Position numbers and translations under genes: made by a program. The notes under the pieces were generated by a model that ran no database searches, was not told the origin of the DNA, and saw nothing but the letters and a program-made list of their open reading frames with translations. From the NCBI GenBank assembly GCA_036721855.1, contig DAIMKF010000006.1, forward strand, positions 758-64,757: DNA of 64,000 bases, given 5' to 3'. Below, in pieces: positions 1 to 11,346 of this stretch; position 1 is the first letter of the stretch, and every line of letters starts with the position of its first letter. The DNA comes from Bacillota bacterium (GTDB lineage: Bacteria; Bacillota; DTU065).

Positions 1-753
1 ATCCAGTTTAAAAAAAGCTTCGCTTGTCCAAGCCCCGAAATCCGGCCAGGCAAAAATACCGTCTGGCATAGGAGAAACTTTTGTTACCCAGGCCAAAATA
101 GTGGTTATAAACATACCGATTAAGATACTGCCTTTGACATTTTTAACCATTAAAACTGCGGTAATAATTAAACCAACCAAAGCCAAGATTGTTGGTGCTG
201 CTGTCAAATCTCCCAAAGCTAAAATAGTCGCATCGTTAGGAGCAATGACACCGGCACTTTTTAAGCCCAAAAAGGCGATAAAAAGACCGATACCTGCACC
301 AATACCGGATTTAAGATTATTGGGAATAGCTTTAACTATAGCTTGTCTTGCACCTGAGGCTGTAAGCAGAATAAAAACTGCGCCGGAGATAAATACCGCG
401 GCTAAAGCTTGAGGGTAAGTATACCCCAAACCCAGGATAACAGAATAAACAAAAAACGCATTTAACCCCATTCCAGGAGCTAGGGCAAAAGGATAGTTGG
501 CCAAGGCTGCCATTAAAAATGTGGCAAATGCTGAAGAAAGAACAGTTGCAATTAAAGCTGCATCAAAGCTGACTGCTCCTGTTTCACTTAATAATGACGG
601 ATTTACCACAATAATGTAGGCCATGGTCATGAAGGTTGTTAAACCAGCAATAATCTCAGTCCTAGCATTTGTACCGTGCTCTCTTAATTTAAATGTTTTT
701 TCTAAGAAGCTCTGCCCATTTGAAACTTGCTTGGTTGTTTTTGAATTTGCCAT
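1..753 (-). CDS. NCS2/AzgA-family purine (adenine/guanine/hypoxanthine) permease, N-terminal part; the 3' end lies beyond the window
   Basis: Not in the ORF track because it runs off the window edge. My reverse-complement translation from the ATG at 753-751 gives MANSKTTKQVSNGQSFLEKTFKLREHGTNARTEIIAGLTTFMTMAYIIVVNPSLL...LAPGMGLNAFF. The FKL.E..T...TE..AG.TTF.TMAYI..VNP signature is typical of PbuG/AzgA permeases. A GGAGGA RBS lies 11 nt upstream. Confidence 0.75.
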   Translation of the reverse strand, partial: MANSKTTKQVSNGQSFLEKTFKLREHGTNARTEIIAGLTTFMTMAYIIVVNPSLLSETGAVSFDAALIATVLSSAFATFLMAALANYPFALAPGMGLNAFFVYSVILGLGYTYPQALAAVFISGAVFILLTASGARQAIVKAIPNNLKSGIGAGIGLFIAFLGLKSAGVIAPNDATILALGDLTAAPTILALVGLIITAVLMVKNVKGSILIGMFITTILAWVTKVSPMPDGIFAWPDFGAWTSEAFFKLD

Positions 754-791
754 TTCAGGTCAAATCCTCCTCAGTTGTATTTGCAACAGAT

Positions 792-861
792 ACGTGCCTT
801 GCTTGTCCTACCCACAAGACAAGGCTGATGCCATCTTCCGCTACCAAACAGAAGAGCACGT
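792..861 (-). promoter_or_regulatory. Candidate structured 5' leader (three-way junction) of the purine permease
   Basis: Minus-strand RNA: ACGUGC-UCUUCUG(uuugguag)CGGAAGA-uggcaucag-CUUGUC(uuguggguag)GACAAG-caag-GCACGU. P1 is 6 bp, P2 is 7 bp with one G-U, P3 is 6 bp. Both loops end in GGUAG. The element starts about 5 nt after the predicted -10 box. Confidence 0.3.
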
Positions 862-865
862 CATT

Positions 866-894
866 ATCTTAGCAAAGATGCCAATTACCGTCAA
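866..894 (-). promoter_or_regulatory. Putative sigma-A-type promoter for the purine permease
   Basis: Minus strand reads TTGACG (889-894), a 17-nt spacer, then TAAGAT (866-871). Confidence 0.35.
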
Positions 895-1019
895 GCTTGC
901 CATATTTTGTGATTTGTCTGTTTTACTAGCTGCACTTATTTAGGTAGACTTTTAGAGCTAAAGGGAAATCCCTAGTTTTAATGAATTAGCTTATTAGAAA
1001 GATAAATGAGGTGATGGTA

Positions 1020-3578
1020 ATGCAAAGTAAACTGATTAAATCATTTTTCTTATTCTTATCTTTGACATCTATTATCCTAGCAACGGACTTGGCAATTTTC
1101 CCTCAACCTAAATTGATGGAAATAGAAAAAACAACCGCTGTTTCTCTCGAAGAGATCTATTTTATTTACACAGCTTCAGTACCTCAGGAACTTAGAATCT
1201 TTCCAGTAAACACTAATGGCAAAGTCGAAGTAAGGGTAAGCATTGAAAGTTCACCCGAGCTAATTGATTTAGGTTTTGAAGCCTATCTCATCGAATTTGG
1301 AGGAAACAAAAATAGAATTACAGCCGCCTCCCCTAGAGGACTATACTATGCCTACCTAAGCTTTAGCCAACTGGTTAGTAGTACATCTAAAGAGATACCT
1401 GAGCTTTTAATAATTGATGCTCCCGATTATCCTCTCCGTGGCATTATTGAAGGTTTTTTTGACACTCCCTGGTCGTTTGAGGCCAGAAAAGATATACTTG
1501 CCTTTTTAGGAACACATAAAATGAATACCTATGTCTATGCTCCCAAAGACGATCCCTACCATCGCGAAAAATGGCGCTTACCTTACCCTGCTGATAAACT
1601 AGCCGAAATGAAAGAATTAGTTCAAACTGCTAAACGCAACTATGTGGATTTTGTCTTTGCCATCTCGCCTGGGGTCTCTATTCAATTTACCTCAGAGGCA
1701 GATTGGGAAGCAATATGTAAAAAAACCGCTGCCATGATCGACATCGGTGTTACTCATTTTGCTTTATTGTTAGATGATATTGACCCAACCTTGCGTTATG
1801 CCTCTGATAAAACTAAATATAGAGGTAACTATGCGCTAGCCCAGGTTGAACTGTGCAACAAATATCAAAGCTATTTAGAAGCTTTAATTCCGGGGCACCG
1901 TTTAATTGTTGTCCCTACCGAATATTACCAAAAAGGTACTTCACCGTATCGTAAAACTTTTGCCGAAAAATTAAATAAAGATATTATTGTCTATTCTACC
2001 GGCTATGGTATTGTAGCTGAAACAATTACTACCAAAGAGGCTGCCGAAATCGCAGCAATCTGGAACCATGATATTGTTTATTGGGATAACTACCCTGTAA
2101 ATGATTATAACCGAACCCGACTGCACTTGGCACCACTGGCCGGAAGAGAAGCCAGACTCCCAAATACTACAGGGTTTACTTTCAATCCGATGAATGAAGC
2201 TGAGCTGTCTAAGCTTCCTCTTTTAACTTGTGCCGACTATACCTGGAACTCAGCTTGTTATGATCCTTTAGCTTCCTGGTTTAAGGCTGCCGCCATCTTA
2301 GGAGGCGAGCACAAAGAACAATACCAAAGATTTGCCGAACAAAACATGGTCTTTTTTAAAAACGGTCCGGCCATCGAATATCCGACTTTGGTAACGCTTT
2401 TTAATAATTTTATTGAGGCCTACACCAAATTGACCGACCTACAAAAAAATAAAACGCCGCTAGACTCTACTGCTTATACTGTTGCCTTGCAAGAGGTAGT
2501 AAACAGAGCTAAACCCCTAAAGCAGGAGTTTATTGATTTAGCATCTTTATATGAGGACTTCTTAAAATATTTCCCTCAAGCTTTTAAGGAAGGATCTTTA
2601 TATCTCAAACGCCTTGAGAACTTCGGTAAAATTGGCCAGTTGTACCTTGAGGCTGTCTTATTGCTTGCTGAAGCAAGTCCCCTATCTAGTCTCAATCCCC
2701 CTGATAGCACTGCTTTGGCTAAGTATGGTATAGGTTTAGATAGCTACCTTAAGGCCACATTGTTTAACCGTTTAGATACTCTTTCTCAGGTTCAAATTAA
2801 CAGTTCATCAATTATTGCACCTATCTTTGACCAGCTCTCAGGGTTAATTACCGGTAATTTTGGCTTTGTAAACTATGCTGTCTCTACCAACATGCCGGTT
2901 TACAAAAACTATATCCCCTCACAAGCAGCTGACAAAGACCACAATTCGTTCTTTTGGAGTTCTAGAGGACAAAGAGCTGGCGATTATCTAATGATCGACC
3001 TTGGTAAAGTAGAAAAGATTAAGGGTTTTAGACTCTTAATGAGTAACAATAATAATGATTACTTTCACCAATGCCGCGTAGAAATTTCCATTGATGGTGA
3101 CTCTTTTGAAGAAGTGGCTTCGATTCAAGGCAAGACGGAGTTCCTTCTTAATTTTACAAAGGAAAAAGAAGCCCGCTACCTTAAAGTAACAGGAGAATCC
3201 GAGCAAGAGTTTTGGGTGATTATCAGAGAATTTGAGCCTTTCTTAGAAAAGCCAAAAGTTGCCGTTGTTTGCGATCACACCTTAGTTGATATCTTCAATA
3301 AAATTGCCCTTGAACCGTTTTTTGTATTCGAAGATGAGCTTATCTTTAAAATAGAACCCGCACAGAAAATTCGCTTGGCCGCTCTCCTTCAAGATCCAAA
3401 AGAGACTATCGCCTGGGAACTCTCCTACTCCTTAGACGGTGAAACTTTCTCTGAACCTATTTGCTCCACAAACTTAATTCAGGTCTTACCCCTTCTTGCA
3501 AAACCTATTAAAGCCATTCGCTTTATTCCCAAAGAGCCGGGGTATTTACGAGGCATTATTATCTTACCTGATGAATAA
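1020..3578 (+). CDS. Secreted GH84 beta-N-acetylglucosaminidase (O-GlcNAcase/NagJ-like) with C-terminal F5/8 type C (discoidin/CBM32-like) domains
   Basis: Signal peptide. DAPDYPLRGIIEGFFDTPWS...YVYAPKDDPYHREKWR and THFALLLDDID (adjacent Asp-Asp catalytic pair) match the GH84 family. FFWSSRGQRAGDYLMIDLGKVEKIKGFRLLM is discoidin-like. The ORF opens at 1011; the ATG at 1020 has the better GAGGTG spacing. Confidence 0.8.
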   Translation: MQSKLIKSFFLFLSLTSIILATDLAIFPQPKLMEIEKTTAVSLEEIYFIYTASVPQELRIFPVNTNGKVEVRVSIESSPELIDLGFEAYLIEFGGNKNRITAASPRGLYYAYLSFSQLVSSTSKEIPELLIIDAPDYPLRGIIEGFFDTPWSFEARKDILAFLGTHKMNTYVYAPKDDPYHREKWRLPYPADKLAEMKELVQTAKRNYVDFVFAISPGVSIQFTSEADWEAICKKTAAMIDIGVTHFALLLDDIDPTLRYASDKTKYRGNYALAQVELCNKYQSYLEALIPGHRLIVVPTEYYQKGTSPYRKTFAEKLNKDIIVYSTGYGIVAETITTKEAAEIAAIWNHDIVYWDNYPVNDYNRTRLHLAPLAGREARLPNTTGFTFNPMNEAELSKLPLLTCADYTWNSACYDPLASWFKAAAILGGEHKEQYQRFAEQNMVFFKNGPAIEYPTLVTLFNNFIEAYTKLTDLQKNKTPLDSTAYTVALQEVVNRAKPLKQEFIDLASLYEDFLKYFPQAFKEGSLYLKRLENFGKIGQLYLEAVLLLAEASPLSSLNPPDSTALAKYGIGLDSYLKATLFNRLDTLSQVQINSSSIIAPIFDQLSGLITGNFGFVNYAVSTNMPVYKNYIPSQAADKDHNSFFWSSRGQRAGDYLMIDLGKVEKIKGFRLLMSNNNNDYFHQCRVEISIDGDSFEEVASIQGKTEFLLNFTKEKEARYLKVTGESEQEFWVIIREFEPFLEKPKVAVVCDHTLVDIFNKIALEPFFVFEDELIFKIEPAQKIRLAALLQDPKETIAWELSYSLDGETFSEPICSTNLIQVLPLLAKPIKAIRFIPKEPGYLRGIIILPDE

Positions 3579-3669
3579 ATCTATTTAGTCGCGAAGCTAA
3601 TTTCCATACTCAAACGATCTGTTTGAAATTAAAAGATTGCTTAAATTGTAAGTGAGAGGTGGTGAAACA

Positions 3670-4020
3670 ATGGAATATACTCCAAGTTTAAGAGAGTTGT
3701 CCCGTTTAAATGAACGAGCCTTACTTCTTTATCACTTGGAATATGAAAAAGCTAAAAAACATTTGGAAACTGCTTACTTCCTTTGCCTTTTTGGTTTTTT
3801 GGGGTTGCATAAGTTTTACCTTGGCTATTCGGTTTGGGGCTTATTATACCTTGTTTTATTCATTGCCGGCCTGTTATTGCGCTCCCTTGGTATAGGCAGT
3901 GTTATTTTAGCTGTTCTAGCAATCTTTTTGATCGCAGATTTTGTCTCCTTACCTAAACAGGTCTCACAGATAAATAATTCTATCTCGGAAAGAATTTTAT
4001 CAGAAATTTATATAGATTGA
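3670..4020 (+). CDS. TM2 domain membrane protein
   Basis: LGLHKFYLGYSVWGLLYL fits the TM2 motif (G.H.FYLG), followed by a second hydrophobic helix. A GAGGTGGTG RBS precedes the ATG at 3670; the ORF opens at 3652. Confidence 0.65.
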   Translation: MEYTPSLRELSRLNERALLLYHLEYEKAKKHLETAYFLCLFGFLGLHKFYLGYSVWGLLYLVLFIAGLLLRSLGIGSVILAVLAIFLIADFVSLPKQVSQINNSISERILSEIYID

Positions 4021-4067
4021 TGAAGTTAATACTTAAGTTAAATTTCTTTCCCCTTAAAAAAATTACA

Positions 4068-4127
4068 AAGGAAAGACTGCGCCAGAATTACCCTGCATGC
4101 TAGTCTTTCCTTTATTGTTATTTTTTT
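4068..4127. terminator. Bidirectional rho-independent terminator between convergent genes
   Basis: AAGGAAAGACT (4068-4078) pairs with AGTCTTTCCTT (4102-4112), an 11-bp stem. A T-run follows on the plus strand, and a T-rich tail (tgtaattttttt) follows on the minus strand. Confidence 0.55.
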
Positions 4128-4207
4128 GTCCCCTGAAGCTATTATGACCTACTTTTATCATAAGAAACTTAACCTTGTCCTTTAGAGGAGATTTATCTCC
4201 ATGTTTA

Positions 4208-4525
4208 TTAAATATCCAAACTACCTTCGCTTTTTTCTTTGTTTTGTATTAACTTAGCCTCCTTAAGCTTTTTACTGAATGGGTCTGTGAAATAATTTTT
4301 CTTAAAACATCGCTTTATTAACTCCAAGACCTTACCTAACATAAAGAAAAGAAGAAAGCTTAAAAATGCTAAGGTGGTTACTGCCAATATTATTTGCCAA
4401 AAAGTCGTTGACTTTAACGCTCCCGGTACTTTTAAGAGAAGTAAAAGGACAATAATACCTATAACCAGATGCAAAATAGCAAGGCTTTTTCCCAGTAGAT
4501 AGATATACTGCAGCAACTTTACCAC
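4208..4525 (-). CDS. Hypothetical small membrane protein (2-3 TM helices)
   Basis: ORF with hydrophobic stretches (ILHLVIGIIVLLLLL, AVTTLAFLSFLLFFML). No family recognised. Confidence 0.4.
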   Translation of the reverse strand: MVKLLQYIYLLGKSLAILHLVIGIIVLLLLLKVPGALKSTTFWQIILAVTTLAFLSFLLFFMLGKVLELIKRCFKKNYFTDPFSKKLKEAKLIQNKEKSEGSLDI

Positions 4526-4583
4526 CCTTTCTTATTCCAATTATTTTACTAGTTACTCATACTTTTACTACTCCTAAGAGACA

Positions 4584-4617
4584 TAAAAAAGAGGGTTGAT
4601 TAATCATCTTCCCTCTT
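4584..4617 (-). terminator. Rho-independent terminator after atpC
   Basis: Minus strand: AAGAGGG aagatgattaatcaa CCCTCTT TTTTAT, about 25 nt past the atpC stop. Confidence 0.65.
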
Positions 4618-4641
4618 GATTATAGCAAAGCTTTTATAAAA

Positions 4642-5054
4642 TTAACCTTCCTGATAATCTACAGTCTTTAAACGCGCTAGTGCTCTTTCCAAAGCAAGTT
4701 TAGCCCTTAAGATATCTACATCGTGATCACTTATAAGTCTTTCTTCCGCTCTTTGTCTGGCTCTTAGTGCCCTTTGGACATCAATCTCAGCGGCAAACTC
4801 CGAAGCATCGGCAAGTACCTGCACATCATTGTTTAAAACATGCAAAAAGCCACCTGTACAGGACAGTTTTTCAAACGTATTGTTGTTTTCCCTGCGTACT
4901 TGTAAGACACCAGGCTTAAGTGAGGTGACCAAAGCAGTATGATTTGCTAAAACTCCGAGTTCTCCTTGAGATCCGGGTGCTATAACCATTTCGACTTCTT
5001 CATCAAAGACCACTTTCTCCGGGGTAACGATCCTTAGTCGAAAAGTATTAGCCA

Positions 5055-5055
<1 letters not shown>
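4642..5055 (-). CDS. atpC: F1 ATP synthase epsilon subunit
   Basis: 137 aa. N-terminal beta-sandwich pattern (LRIVTPEKVVFDEEVEMVIAPGSQGELGVLANH) and C-terminal helical hairpin. Last gene of the atp operon; its start overlaps the atpD stop. Confidence 0.9.
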
Positions 5056-6455
<1,400 letters not shown>

Positions 6456-6472
6456 CTAAACCTCCTTACCGA

Positions 6473-7330
6473 TCAGCGGAGAGCTTCCGCGCCACCTACT
6501 ATCTCAGCTATTTCCTGAGTGATGGCTGCTTGCCTAGCTCGATTATACTGCAAGGTTAAACTATCAATCATCTCTTCTGCATTTTTAGTTGCATTATCCA
6601 TGGCTGTCATTCTAGCTCCTAGTTCACCGGCATGGTTTTCAACTAACCCTCTATAAACCTGACTTATTAGATAACGTGGGATAAGGGTATCTAGTAGTCC
6701 CAAAGCTGAAGGTTCATAGAGATATTCTTCATGTCTAGTGGTTTTATTTTGGTTATTTTCATTTTCAATCTCAGCCGGAAGTATCCTCACAACTCTTGGC
6801 TCTTGAGTTAAGGGGCTGATATAACGGCTATAGACAAGATAGACAGAGTCAAACTCTTTTTTTTGATAACGAGTAATAAGATCAAGCACAATATTTTGAA
6901 CTAGGGCTACATCAGGTTTATCACCCGCTAAATAGCCTTGATTCAGCAAAGGGTAACCCCTAAAAGCTAGATAGTCTCTTCCTTTGCGCCCAATGGGCAA
7001 AAATACTGCTTTTTGATCCTTGCTTTTATCAATAGCCAAGCGCGTAATGTTGGTATTAAACCCCCCACACAATCCCCGATCAGCAGTAATCACTATATAG
7101 CAGGCTTTATCCCCGTGTCTCATTATAAGAAGTGGATGATTGACATTTTCCGAACGAGCCATAATGTTTTGAAAGACACTCTTCATTGTCTGCGAATAAG
7201 GACGTGATTCTTTCACCAATCTTTCAGCACTTTTAAGTTTGGCCGCAGCCACCATCTTCATAGCACGGGTAATTTGTTCGGTGCTTTTAACACTGCGAAT
7301 TCGCCTTTTAATATCACGTACTCCCTGCAC
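6473..7330 (-). CDS. atpG: F1 ATP synthase gamma subunit
   Basis: N-terminal IKRRIRSVKSTEQITRAMKMVAAAKL and C-terminal NRARQAAITQEIAEIVGGAEAL are classic gamma termini. Confidence 0.95.
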   Translation of the reverse strand: MQGVRDIKRRIRSVKSTEQITRAMKMVAAAKLKSAERLVKESRPYSQTMKSVFQNIMARSENVNHPLLIMRHGDKACYIVITADRGLCGGFNTNITRLAIDKSKDQKAVFLPIGRKGRDYLAFRGYPLLNQGYLAGDKPDVALVQNIVLDLITRYQKKEFDSVYLVYSRYISPLTQEPRVVRILPAEIENENNQNKTTRHEEYLYEPSALGLLDTLIPRYLISQVYRGLVENHAGELGARMTAMDNATKNAEEMIDSLTLQYNRARQAAITQEIAEIVGGAEALR

Positions 7331-7341
7331 CTTAATACCCC

Positions 7342-8871
7342 CTATCTGTTAGATGGAATAAATTCTTGGCCAAACTCCTCAAGCGCTTTTTTAAGTGCAT
7401 TTTCGGTTTGCTCGGTTAATTCCTTGGTCTTATTGAGGGAATCATAGATATCTGCATGGAAATTCTCAAGATATTTAAGCATTTCAGTTTCATACCGAGC
7501 AATATCTTTAAGATGCAGATTATCAAGGTAACCGTTATTAGCAGCATAGATGATAGCTACTTGTTTAGCGATAGGCATTGGTTGATATTGATCCTGTTTT
7601 AGTATCTCGATAATCCGGCTTCCTCGTTCTAAAAGAGCCTTGGTGGCCTTATCAAGCTCGGAACCAAATTGCGTAAAAGCCTTTAATTCTTCATACTGTG
7701 AAAGATCCAGTTTCAGACGCCCAGCAACCTTCTTCATAGCTTTAATCTGTGCTTTACCGCCAACTCGAGAAACAGATATACCAACGTTTACAGCCGGACG
7801 GAAACCTGCAAAGAAAAGATCGCTCTCCAAAAAGATCTGCCCGTCGGTAATGGAGATTACATTGGTTGGAATATAGGCTGATACATCACCGGCCTGGGTT
7901 TCAATAATCGGCAAAGCAGTAATAGAACCTCCACCTAAATCTGCTCTTAACTTTGCAGCTCTCTCTAAAAGTCTTGAGTGGAGATAGAAAACATCTCCTG
8001 GGTAAGCTTCACGTCCCGGTGGACGCCTTAGAAGCAATGACATTGCCCGGTAGGCAACAGCATGCTTTGAGAGATCATCATAAATAATAAGCACATGTTT
8101 ACCCTGGTGCATAAAATGCTCCGCCATAGCACAACCCGCATAAGGCGCAATATATTGCAGTGGAGCACTTTCACTAGCTGTAGCTGCTACAACAATGGAA
8201 TATTCCAAGGCATTATGTTCTCTTAGCTTAGCTACTACTGAACTTACAGTTGAAGCTTTCTGGCCAATGGCTACATAAATACAGATTACATCCTGGCCTC
8301 TTTGATTAATAATGGTATCAACTGCAATAGCAGTTTTACCAGTCTGTCTATCACCAATTATAAGTTCTCGTTGCCCACGGCCAATTGGAAACATGGAATC
8401 AATAGATTTTAGACCGGTCTGCAAAGGTTCTGAAACCGGTTCTCTTTCAATAATGCCGGGTGCGTTATGCTCTATAGGCCTAAACTCGTTGCTCTCAACA
8501 GGGCCTTTGCCATCTAGGGGTAAACCAAGTGGATTAACAACACGACCCAAAAGTGCATCTCCCACCGGAACTTCGACCACACGGTTTAATCTGCGTACTG
8601 TAGAACCTTCTCTGATCCCTGTGTCTAAACCAAGCAAAACAGCACCGACATTATCTTCTTCCAGATTTAAAACCATGCCATAAACAGGGCTGCCATCTTG
8701 AGTTAAAAACTCAAGCAGTTCGCCACTCATGGCATTTTGTAAACCCCAGACTCTTGCAATACCATCTCCGACTTGAAGCACTGTGCCTTCGTCAGCTAAG
8801 CTGAGGTCGCCACGAAAGTTTTTTATCCGTTCTTGTATAACTGAAGTTATTTCTTCAGGACGTAAACTCAT
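7342..8871 (-). CDS. atpA: F1 ATP synthase alpha subunit
   Basis: [18 protein letters not shown] Walker A; [23 protein letters not shown]. Confidence 0.97.
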   Translation of the reverse strand: MSLRPEEITSVIQERIKNFRGDLSLADEGTVLQVGDGIARVWGLQNAMSGELLEFLTQDGSPVYGMVLNLEEDNVGAVLLGLDTGIREGSTVRRLNRVVEVPVGDALLGRVVNPLGLPLDGKGPVESNEFRPIEHNAPGIIEREPVSEPLQTGLKSIDSMFPIGRGQRELIIGDRQTGKTAIAVDTIINQRGQDVICIYVAIGQKASTVSSVVAKLREHNALEYSIVVAATASESAPLQYIAPYAGCAMAEHFMHQGKHVLIIYDDLSKHAVAYRAMSLLLRRPPGREAYPGDVFYLHSRLLERAAKLRADLGGGSITALPIIETQAGDVSAYIPTNVISITDGQIFLESDLFFAGFRPAVNVGISVSRVGGKAQIKAMKKVAGRLKLDLSQYEELKAFTQFGSELDKATKALLERGSRIIEILKQDQYQPMPIAKQVAIIYAANNGYLDNLHLKDIARYETEMLKYLENFHADIYDSLNKTKELTEQTENALKKALEEFGQEFIPSNR

Positions 8872-9431
8872 TGACTCTCACCTCTGGTTTTACCTTTGGT
8901 CTCTAAAAGTTCCCTTTTCATTTCTCGCAATTGATTAGAGATAGAAGCATCTATAACCTGATGGCCGATTTTTAATTTAACTCCGCCAATCAGTTCAGGT
9001 GTTATTTGAGTACTTAGATCAACAGGCCTTTTGGTTATCTGCTCTAGTCTAGATTGAATTTGCCGTACAAGCTCATTTTGGAGTGGAATAGCTGTTTCAA
9101 CCGTAACAGCCACTCGCCCCCGATATAGATTCGCTTCTCTTTTATAGAGGCTATTAATTTCCTCAAGGTGCTGCCAGCGCTTCTTTTCAATTAAGAGGTT
9201 GAGGAAGTTTTGCATCTCATTAGAAAAATTAGCAAAGGCCTCAGAAATCAGAGCCTGCTTATCGACAGGGCGAATCTTAGGATGAGTTAAATAAGTTTCC
9301 AAAACTTTGTTTTTTTTAAGGTAATCTGCTATTTCGTCAAGTTCTTTTTCAAAGGTGTCCAGCTTGCCGTTTTGAGCTGCAAAAGAAGCAAGTGCCATAG
9401 CATATCTGAGGGCTACCTCATTAGTGTACAT
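8868..9431 (-). CDS. atpH: F1 ATP synthase delta (OSCP) subunit
   Basis: Position between atpF and atpA; [13 protein letters not shown] start; C-terminal [16 protein letters not shown] motif. Confidence 0.85.
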   Translation of the reverse strand: MYTNEVALRYAMALASFAAQNGKLDTFEKELDEIADYLKKNKVLETYLTHPKIRPVDKQALISEAFANFSNEMQNFLNLLIEKKRWQHLEEINSLYKREANLYRGRVAVTVETAIPLQNELVRQIQSRLEQITKRPVDLSTQITPELIGGVKLKIGHQVIDASISNQLREMKRELLETKGKTRGESQ

Positions 9432-9912
9432 CCACTTCTCCCACCTTATCTAAAAACTTTTCCACTAAAGCACGGTTAAGCTCTGCGTCCATGTTCTCGG
9501 TAATAATTTTGGACGCAGCTAGGACTGCTAATTCGGCTACTTGTTTTTTTAAATCTTCCTCAACTTGAAGCTTATTTTGTTTGATTTCCCAATCAGCTTG
9601 AGACTTGAGTTTTCTTGCTTCCTCTTTGGCTTGGGCCAGAATTCGCTCTCTGTTTTCGAAGCTCTGTCTTTCAGCCCTAGTCAAAATAGCTCTGGCTTCA
9701 TCTTCATAACCACGAATCTTCTCTTCATATTCTGTTAGTAGTCTCTCTGCTTCTTTCTTATTAGCCTCAGCTTCACTAAGAGAATCGGCAATATATTTAG
9801 CACGTTTGTTCATATATTCTGAAGCAGGCTTCCAAAAAAGCTTAGCGAGAACAAATACAAGTAAAAGAAAGTTTGCCATCTGTAAAATCCAAACGGAAAA
9901 ATCAAAGTCCAT
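9421..9912 (-). CDS. atpF: Fo ATP synthase b subunit
   Basis: Single N-terminal TM followed by a long charged helix (KRAKYIADSLSEAEANKKEAERL); operon position. Confidence 0.85.
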   Translation of the reverse strand: MDFDFSVWILQMANFLLLVFVLAKLFWKPASEYMNKRAKYIADSLSEAEANKKEAERLLTEYEEKIRGYEDEARAILTRAERQSFENRERILAQAKEEARKLKSQADWEIKQNKLQVEEDLKKQVAELAVLAASKIITENMDAELNRALVEKFLDKVGEVDVH

Positions 9913-9968
9913 TATGCCGTCCTCCTTTACTATTTATGGGGAGGCAAAGCCTCCCCATAGTATCCGCA

Positions 9969-10271
<303 letters not shown>

Positions 10272-10274
10272 TTA

Positions 10275-10955
10275 TTATTCTTTATTAGTAATATAAGCCA
10301 TTGATAACGAAACAAAAATAAGTGTCTGTATAACACCAGCAAAGACATCAAAATAAATATGCAAAGGTTGAGCTAAGAAAAAAAGAGGCCAGATCTTAAC
10401 CAAGGCTGTATAAACAATAGTCATAATAAGATAACCTGATAGCAGGTTGCCAAAAAGACGAAAGGTCAGCGAAAATGGTGCAGCCACCTCACCTATGATA
10501 TTAAGTGGTAGCAAAGGGATAAAAGGCTCGGCAAAGCCCTTTAAATAACTAAGTAAACCACCTCTAAAGGCTGTTTTCTGCACCAGAATAAATGTTAGGA
10601 TAGCTAAAGCTGCTGTTGTATGCAGATCACTTGTCGGTGGTCTAAATCCTACTAACCCGGAAAGATTGGCTACCAACAAAAAAATAACTAAAGTCCCGAA
10701 ATAGGGAATATATTTTTTATTGTGCTCTCCCATGTTGTCAACAACTAAACCTGAGATAAGTTCGTAAACCGCTTCTACCAAGTTTTCTATACCTTCTGGC
10801 GGTTTATTGATAGGTCGGTTTTTAAATAAGCGTCCGGCAAAATAGGCCAGTACCGTTAAAAATAACATGATTCCCCAGGTAACAACAACCATATCTGTTA
10901 TAGTAATAGTATTAAATAGTCTAAACAAGACAGTACCGCCAATACTAACTTGCAC
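10275..10955 (-). CDS. atpB: Fo ATP synthase a subunit
   Basis: Multi-TM protein with the conserved LTFRLFGNLLSG motif (essential Arg). Confidence 0.9.
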   Translation of the reverse strand: MQVSIGGTVLFRLFNTITITDMVVVTWGIMLFLTVLAYFAGRLFKNRPINKPPEGIENLVEAVYELISGLVVDNMGEHNKKYIPYFGTLVIFLLVANLSGLVGFRPPTSDLHTTAALAILTFILVQKTAFRGGLLSYLKGFAEPFIPLLPLNIIGEVAAPFSLTFRLFGNLLSGYLIMTIVYTALVKIWPLFFLAQPLHIYFDVFAGVIQTLIFVSLSMAYITNKE

Positions 10956-10961
10956 TGTGTT

Positions 10962-11342
10962 TCACCTCTTTTCTCCTTGACTCCCAGTAAAAAAAGCTTC
11001 AAAAAGAATAGCTATTCTTACCGAAAAAAAACCTATCATAGCTGCCCAGACATTAATAGCCGTCCAAAACTTAAGCATTATTATGGCGACGGAAATAAAG
11101 ACCATACGTCCAAAATAGCTACCAATAGCCGCTATTTTAGCTCCCTCCGGTTCCATTTGAACCAAACGCTTGGTTGCTAAAGACATTACAATAAAATTCC
11201 CCGCCGTAATAAGATAGCCATATAAAAATCCAAAGCCCCAGCTAGTTTTGCCCATAAAAAAGGAAACAGCTGCAGCCAGCACATCAATTATCAACGCACT
11301 TAACAAAACACGTTTTTCGAAAGCGATTTCTTTTATCTTCAA
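10962..11342 (-). CDS. atpI: ATP synthase protein I (AtpI)
   Basis: Four hydrophobic helices, immediately upstream of atpB. I prefer the TTG at 11342 (GGAGG RBS 7 nt upstream, just after the atpZ stop) over the ORF-track start at 11414. Confidence 0.65.
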   Translation of the reverse strand: MKIKEIAFEKRVLLSALIIDVLAAAVSFFMGKTSWGFGFLYGYLITAGNFIVMSLATKRLVQMEPEGAKIAAIGSYFGRMVFISVAIIMLKFWTAINVWAAMIGFFSVRIAILFEAFFTGSQGEKR

Positions 11343-11346
11343 TGCC

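Noticed and set aside
101-943. Plus-strand ORFs 101..412 (103 aa) and 623..943 (106 aa)
   Set aside because: The first lies antisense inside the minus-strand purine permease, whose translation has strong family motifs. The second covers the permease start, its RBS and the leader. Both have low-complexity, Pro/Lys/Ile-rich or Cys-rich compositions typical of antisense artefacts.
754-1019. Canonical guanine/adenine (purine) riboswitch upstream of the permease
   Set aside because: The fold resembles one, but I could not find the conserved junction and loop nucleotides (UAUAAU, GUUUCUACC, CCGUAAA, GACUAU). It is reported only as an unclassified candidate structure.
3710-3895. Alternative-frame ORF 3710..3895 within the TM2 gene
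   Set aside because: It overlaps the TM2-domain ORF in another frame. The TM2 frame carries the family motif and a proper RBS.
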